From Candidatus Altiarchaeota archaeon (GTDB lineage Archaea; SpSt-1190; DYHY01), in the NCBI GenBank assembly GCA_030622515.1, contig JAUXGB010000001.1, positions 1 to 45,085 of the forward strand: a DNA stretch of 45,085 bases, given 5' to 3'. The notes under the pieces are model-generated. The model was not told the DNA's origin. It ran no database searches and worked only from the letters and a program-made list of their open reading frames with translations. Made by a program: the position numbers and the translations under genes. Below are positions 42,444 through 45,085 of the stretch, piece by piece. Every line of letters starts with the position of its first letter. Position 1 is the first letter of the stretch.

Positions 42444-42950
42444 ATGGGCGGAGACCTGGTCATCTACTTCTCCCTGTCAGGCGAGACGGAAAGGGTAGCC
42501 AATATCATCGCCTCAAACTACAATGCGACAACTATTCGGGTTGGCACGGAAGACGCAGGAAAAAGGCTGCTCCTTGCCCGATACTTCCTCCGCAAACTCC
42601 TCAACAAGCCAATAGTCACCATTCCAAAAATCTACTTCCCCGACTATGAGAAAGTCTACATTGGCTGTCCCATCTGGGCTGACTCGCCTGCGGCGCCAAT
42701 GACCTACTTTTTGAAAAACACCAAACTGACTGAGGTTGAGCTGGTGCCTTTCGTTACCCACAAGACCGACTCCCCACACAAGGCTCTTGAAACCCTTGCC
42801 AACCTCGTAAGAAAGCAGGGCGGCACTGTCCTCTCAACCCACGCATTCAAAAAAGGAATCCCAAAAGACATGATTCTTGGCGAGCTTGAAGGCAAGCAAT
42901 TCAGGCCGGAGAAAACAGGCGATGTCGATTTGGGAAAATTCAAAAATTAG
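42444..42950 (+). CDS. flavodoxin-like protein
   Basis: The form from ATG 42444 has the flavodoxin pattern LVIYFSLSGETERVANIIA...YEKVYIGCPIWADSPAAPM...VPFVTH. Confidence 0.7.
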   Translation: MGGDLVIYFSLSGETERVANIIASNYNATTIRVGTEDAGKRLLLARYFLRKLLNKPIVTIPKIYFPDYEKVYIGCPIWADSPAAPMTYFLKNTKLTEVELVPFVTHKTDSPHKALETLANLVRKQGGTVLSTHAFKKGIPKDMILGELEGKQFRPEKTGDVDLGKFKN

Positions 42951-43372
42951 AGCATTCTCATTTTTGAGTTATAGTGGAGAGGCGCTTCCCCTTCCCTCAT
43001 GTTGTAGACTTCCCGCCTGACTTCAGGTTCGGAGAATTCAGGGTGGACAAAGTGGCCAAGAATCTCATGGTCCCCAACCTCTTCGAATTTTTTCGGGTCG
43101 TCCTTAATATCTCTCCTGAAAAGAATGGGGCTGTCAGGGAGATAGGGATGCATAGCACCAAGGGTGCCCCCCATAACCTCTTCCGGAAGAACCATAATTC
43201 CCTTTCTGAGAAGGACAGAGTTCTTGAGGTCCTGACCATAGCTTGGCTGCGCCGGAGGCTTGTAGCTGGCTTTTTCATAGCCGCGGCCATACTGGTCAAC
43301 CTGCTTTTCCCTGTGGAGATAACTCCCCCAGTCTATTCCCCCAGCCCTCGGCCTGTCAACTCTTAGTCCCAT
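42947..43372 (-). CDS. hypothetical small protein with HEILGH motif
   Basis: 141-aa ORF containing VGDHEILGHFVHPEFSEPE. It overlaps the upstream 73-aa ORF by 10 nt. Confidence 0.55.
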   Translation of the reverse strand: MGLRVDRPRAGGIDWGSYLHREKQVDQYGRGYEKASYKPPAQPSYGQDLKNSVLLRKGIMVLPEEVMGGTLGAMHPYLPDSPILFRRDIKDDPKKFEEVGDHEILGHFVHPEFSEPEVRREVYNMREGEAPLHYNSKMRML

Positions 43373-43584
43373 TCACCCACCAAGCTCTTGTACCTGTTTC
43401 CTACCTCAAAGGAAATGTCAGAAGTTTCCTCTTGGAAGAAGTTCAGGGGCGGTGCCTTCTCATAACTCAGGCCGTAGAAAGCGTTGGGGAAATTTTCAGA
43501 GGATTTGGGATAGGAGTCCTTCTCAACTTCAGGCAATTTTGCCTCAAGTTCATCATTCCCGAAACGGAAGTTGTAGTCCTCCAT
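43363..43584 (-). CDS. hypothetical acidic small protein
   Basis: 73-aa ORF. A TATA-like box centred 27 nt upstream is shared with the divergent HAD gene. Confidence 0.5.
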   Translation of the reverse strand: MEDYNFRFGNDELEAKLPEVEKDSYPKSSENFPNAFYGLSYEKAPPLNFFQEETSDISFEVGNRYKSLVGEWD

Positions 43585-43605
43585 TACCCACCCATTGGGG
43601 GAACA

Positions 43606-43616
43606 CCTTTTTAAAC
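43606..43616. promoter_or_regulatory. single A/T element shared by divergent genes
   Basis: CCTTTTTAAAC has its centre 28 nt from ATG 43639 (+) and 27 nt from ATG 43584 (-). Confidence 0.5.
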
Positions 43617-43638
43617 ATTGTTGGCCAAAAGAGCTTCA

Positions 43639-44268
43639 ATGACAGTTAAGCTGGTAATCTTCGATATGGATGGGGTCCTTCTCAATTCCGAACCGATAGT
43701 CTTCCCAGCCGTTTCAAAAGCCTTTGCCAGCCATGGCAGGGAGATAACTATTCAGGCCTTCCGCAAGGCGCAGGGCCTTCCCCTTCCCGGGTTTTGCACA
43801 GCAATTGACCCATCAGTTACAGGTCCGGAGGCAAAGCAGATAGGTGACGAAGTCGTTGCCTACATTCTTGCCAACCTAAGCAGGGTGAAGACCTTTCAAG
43901 ATACAAAAAAGACTCTTGAACAGCTTTCAAAGAAGGGACTCAAGCTTGCAGTTGTCAGCGGCACCCCGAATGAGCACATTGGAAAAGAGCTGGGGATTGT
44001 CAACATTAGAACTTACTTCGATTTCGTTCTCGGCGGCGGCCTTCTCAAGAGGGGCAAGCCCTACCCTGACCAGTTCATCCATGTCTGCACCAAGCTTGCT
44101 GTTGCGCCAGCTGACACTCTTGCCGTAGGCGACACGCGGAACGACCTTTTGGCTGCGAAGGCGGCCGGATGCAGGACCGTTGTGATGAACAGGGAGAAGG
44201 AAAAGTTTGCCGACCTGAAGCCGGACTACTTCATCACCACTTTAAGCCAAATTTTGGATTTGGTATAA
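43639..44268 (+). CDS. HAD-superfamily hydrolase (phosphoglycolate phosphatase/beta-PGM-like)
   Basis: HAD motif I VIFDMDGVLLNSEP, motif II VVSGT, and motif III/IV K...VGDTRNDLLAAKAAG. Confidence 0.85.
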   Translation: MTVKLVIFDMDGVLLNSEPIVFPAVSKAFASHGREITIQAFRKAQGLPLPGFCTAIDPSVTGPEAKQIGDEVVAYILANLSRVKTFQDTKKTLEQLSKKGLKLAVVSGTPNEHIGKELGIVNIRTYFDFVLGGGLLKRGKPYPDQFIHVCTKLAVAPADTLAVGDTRNDLLAAKAAGCRTVVMNREKEKFADLKPDYFITTLSQILDLV

Positions 44269-44269
44269 T

Positions 44270-44280
44270 CCTTATATACG
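44270..44280 (+). promoter_or_regulatory. TATA-like box
   Basis: CCTTATATACG is centred 25 nt upstream of ATG 44300. Confidence 0.5.
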
Positions 44281-44299
44281 CCGGAAGCTTTTCCTTCCT

Positions 44300-45085
44300 A
44301 TGGACCCAACCTTCCTCGTCATCCCGTTTGTCACCCTTGTCTTCTTCACAATCATCCTTGCCAAGTCTGGCGACATAACTATTGAGGCTGCAAGCAGGCT
44401 GGCAAAATCATCCGGAATCTCCCACATGGCGCTCGGCTTTGTTGTCCTCTCGGTGCTGACATCCCTGCCTGAGCTTGCCGTTTCAACCTTTGCAGCGATT
44501 TCAGGCAACATAGGAATTGCTATCGGCAATGTCTTTGGCTCAAACATAGCTAACATAGGGCTGGTGATTGGCGTTGCAGCCATGATAATGCCTTCGGAGA
44601 TAAAGAAAGAGCTGGTGAAAGACCTCTCAGAAGTCCTTTTCGCAGCATCCCTCCTGCCTCTGGTCCTTATCTATTTCTCAGACATCTCCCAGCTCTTCGG
44701 AGTCCTTCTCCTTGTCATCTTCGCAGTCTATGTTTATGTCCTGCTCAAGAGGGGGAGGCTGAAGCTTGAGGTCTCGGAGCTTCAGGAGTCGAAGAAAAGG
44801 ATGGGGCTGGACACGGCCTGGCTTGTGGCCGGGATATTCGGGGTGATGTTCAGCTCAACCCTTGTCGTGAACTCCGCAGTATCCCTTGCTGGAATAATGG
44901 GCATAGCCCAGACAGTCATAGGGGCCACCATCATCGCCATTGGCACCTCCCTCCCCGAGCTGACCGTCACCTTGTCGGCAGTCAAGAGGAACCACCTTGC
45001 GATGGCGCTTGGGAACGCGATTGGCTCCTGCATGGCAAACCTGACAATGGTCCTTGGCACAGCCCTCCTTGTGTCCCCCTTCATA
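44300..45085 (+). CDS. Ca2+/cation antiporter (CaCA, YrbG-like), 3-prime partial
   Basis: My own translation gives an open frame from ATG 44300 to the window edge (262 codons). It contains both alpha-repeats, LTSLPELAVSTFAAISGNIGIAIGNVFGSNIANIGL and GTSLPELTVTLSAVKRNHLAMALGNAIGS. It is absent from the track because no stop lies in the window. A TATA-like box is 25 nt upstream. Confidence 0.85.
   Translation, partial: MDPTFLVIPFVTLVFFTIILAKSGDITIEAASRLAKSSGISHMALGFVVLSVLTSLPELAVSTFAAISGNIGIAIGNVFGSNIANIGLVIGVAAMIMPSEIKKELVKDLSEVLFAASLLPLVLIYFSDISQLFGVLLLVIFAVYVYVLLKRGRLKLEVSELQESKKRMGLDTAWLVAGIFGVMFSSTLVVNSAVSLAGIMGIAQTVIGATIIAIGTSLPELTVTLSAVKRNHLAMALGNAIGSCMANLTMVLGTALLVSPFI

Noticed and set aside
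44272-45084. Two minus-strand ORFs (103 and 100 aa) listed in the track
   Set aside because: The plus strand encodes an uninterrupted CaCA antiporter with both alpha-repeat motifs. The minus-strand ORFs are its antisense frames.
1-45085. Search for tRNA, rRNA, CRISPR repeats, IS elements, integrases and restriction or defence genes
   Set aside because: By eye I found no T-loop (GGTTCGAATCC-like) context with a matching acceptor stem, no regularly spaced direct repeats, and no transposase, integrase, nuclease or ATPase defence signatures. A tRNAscan/Infernal/CRISPR-finder run would be needed to make this negative result firm.

Overview
This is a gene-dense, roughly 90% coding chromosomal segment from an archaeon. 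Domain-level markers are TFS, PCNA, tRNA-splicing endonuclease, an archaeal-type signal peptidase, and the conserved ftsZ-secE-nusG(spt5)-rpl11 block. The small genes, abutting or overlapping gene ends and many orphan proteins suggest a small-genome (DPANN-like or similar) lineage, but that is inference only. I support about 62 protein genes. They include housekeeping genes (DRG-like GTPase, pcm, scpA/scpB, NFACT-N protein, FKBP, ftsZ, secE, nusG, L11, endA, signal peptidase, tfs, zupT, pcn). There is a sugar-modification cluster (GT2, SDR epimerase/dehydratase, cupin-C-methyltransferase fusion, SAM methyltransferase). There is a purine cluster (PurS-PurL fusion, purQ, purM). An accessory stretch (29.6-34 kb) holds orphan and small membrane proteins plus a decayed ZIP-transporter fragment. 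A metal/cofactor neighbourhood (34.8-40.9 kb) holds a LarC-N-like protein, TrmO, a ThrC-like enzyme, NikR, two HypC-like fusion proteins around a DMT permease, and a CobA-like adenosyltransferase. I found no rRNA, tRNA, CRISPR array, transposase or integrase by eye. Most transcription units carry an A/T-rich TATA-like box centred 24-28 nt upstream of the start codon, implying leaderless or near-leaderless mRNAs. Genes inside operons have GGAGG/GGTGA-like ribosome-binding sites. The most unusual element is the NikR-headed operon with two paralogous HypC/HupF-like fusion proteins. All family assignments come from motif recognition by eye, and no database search was run.
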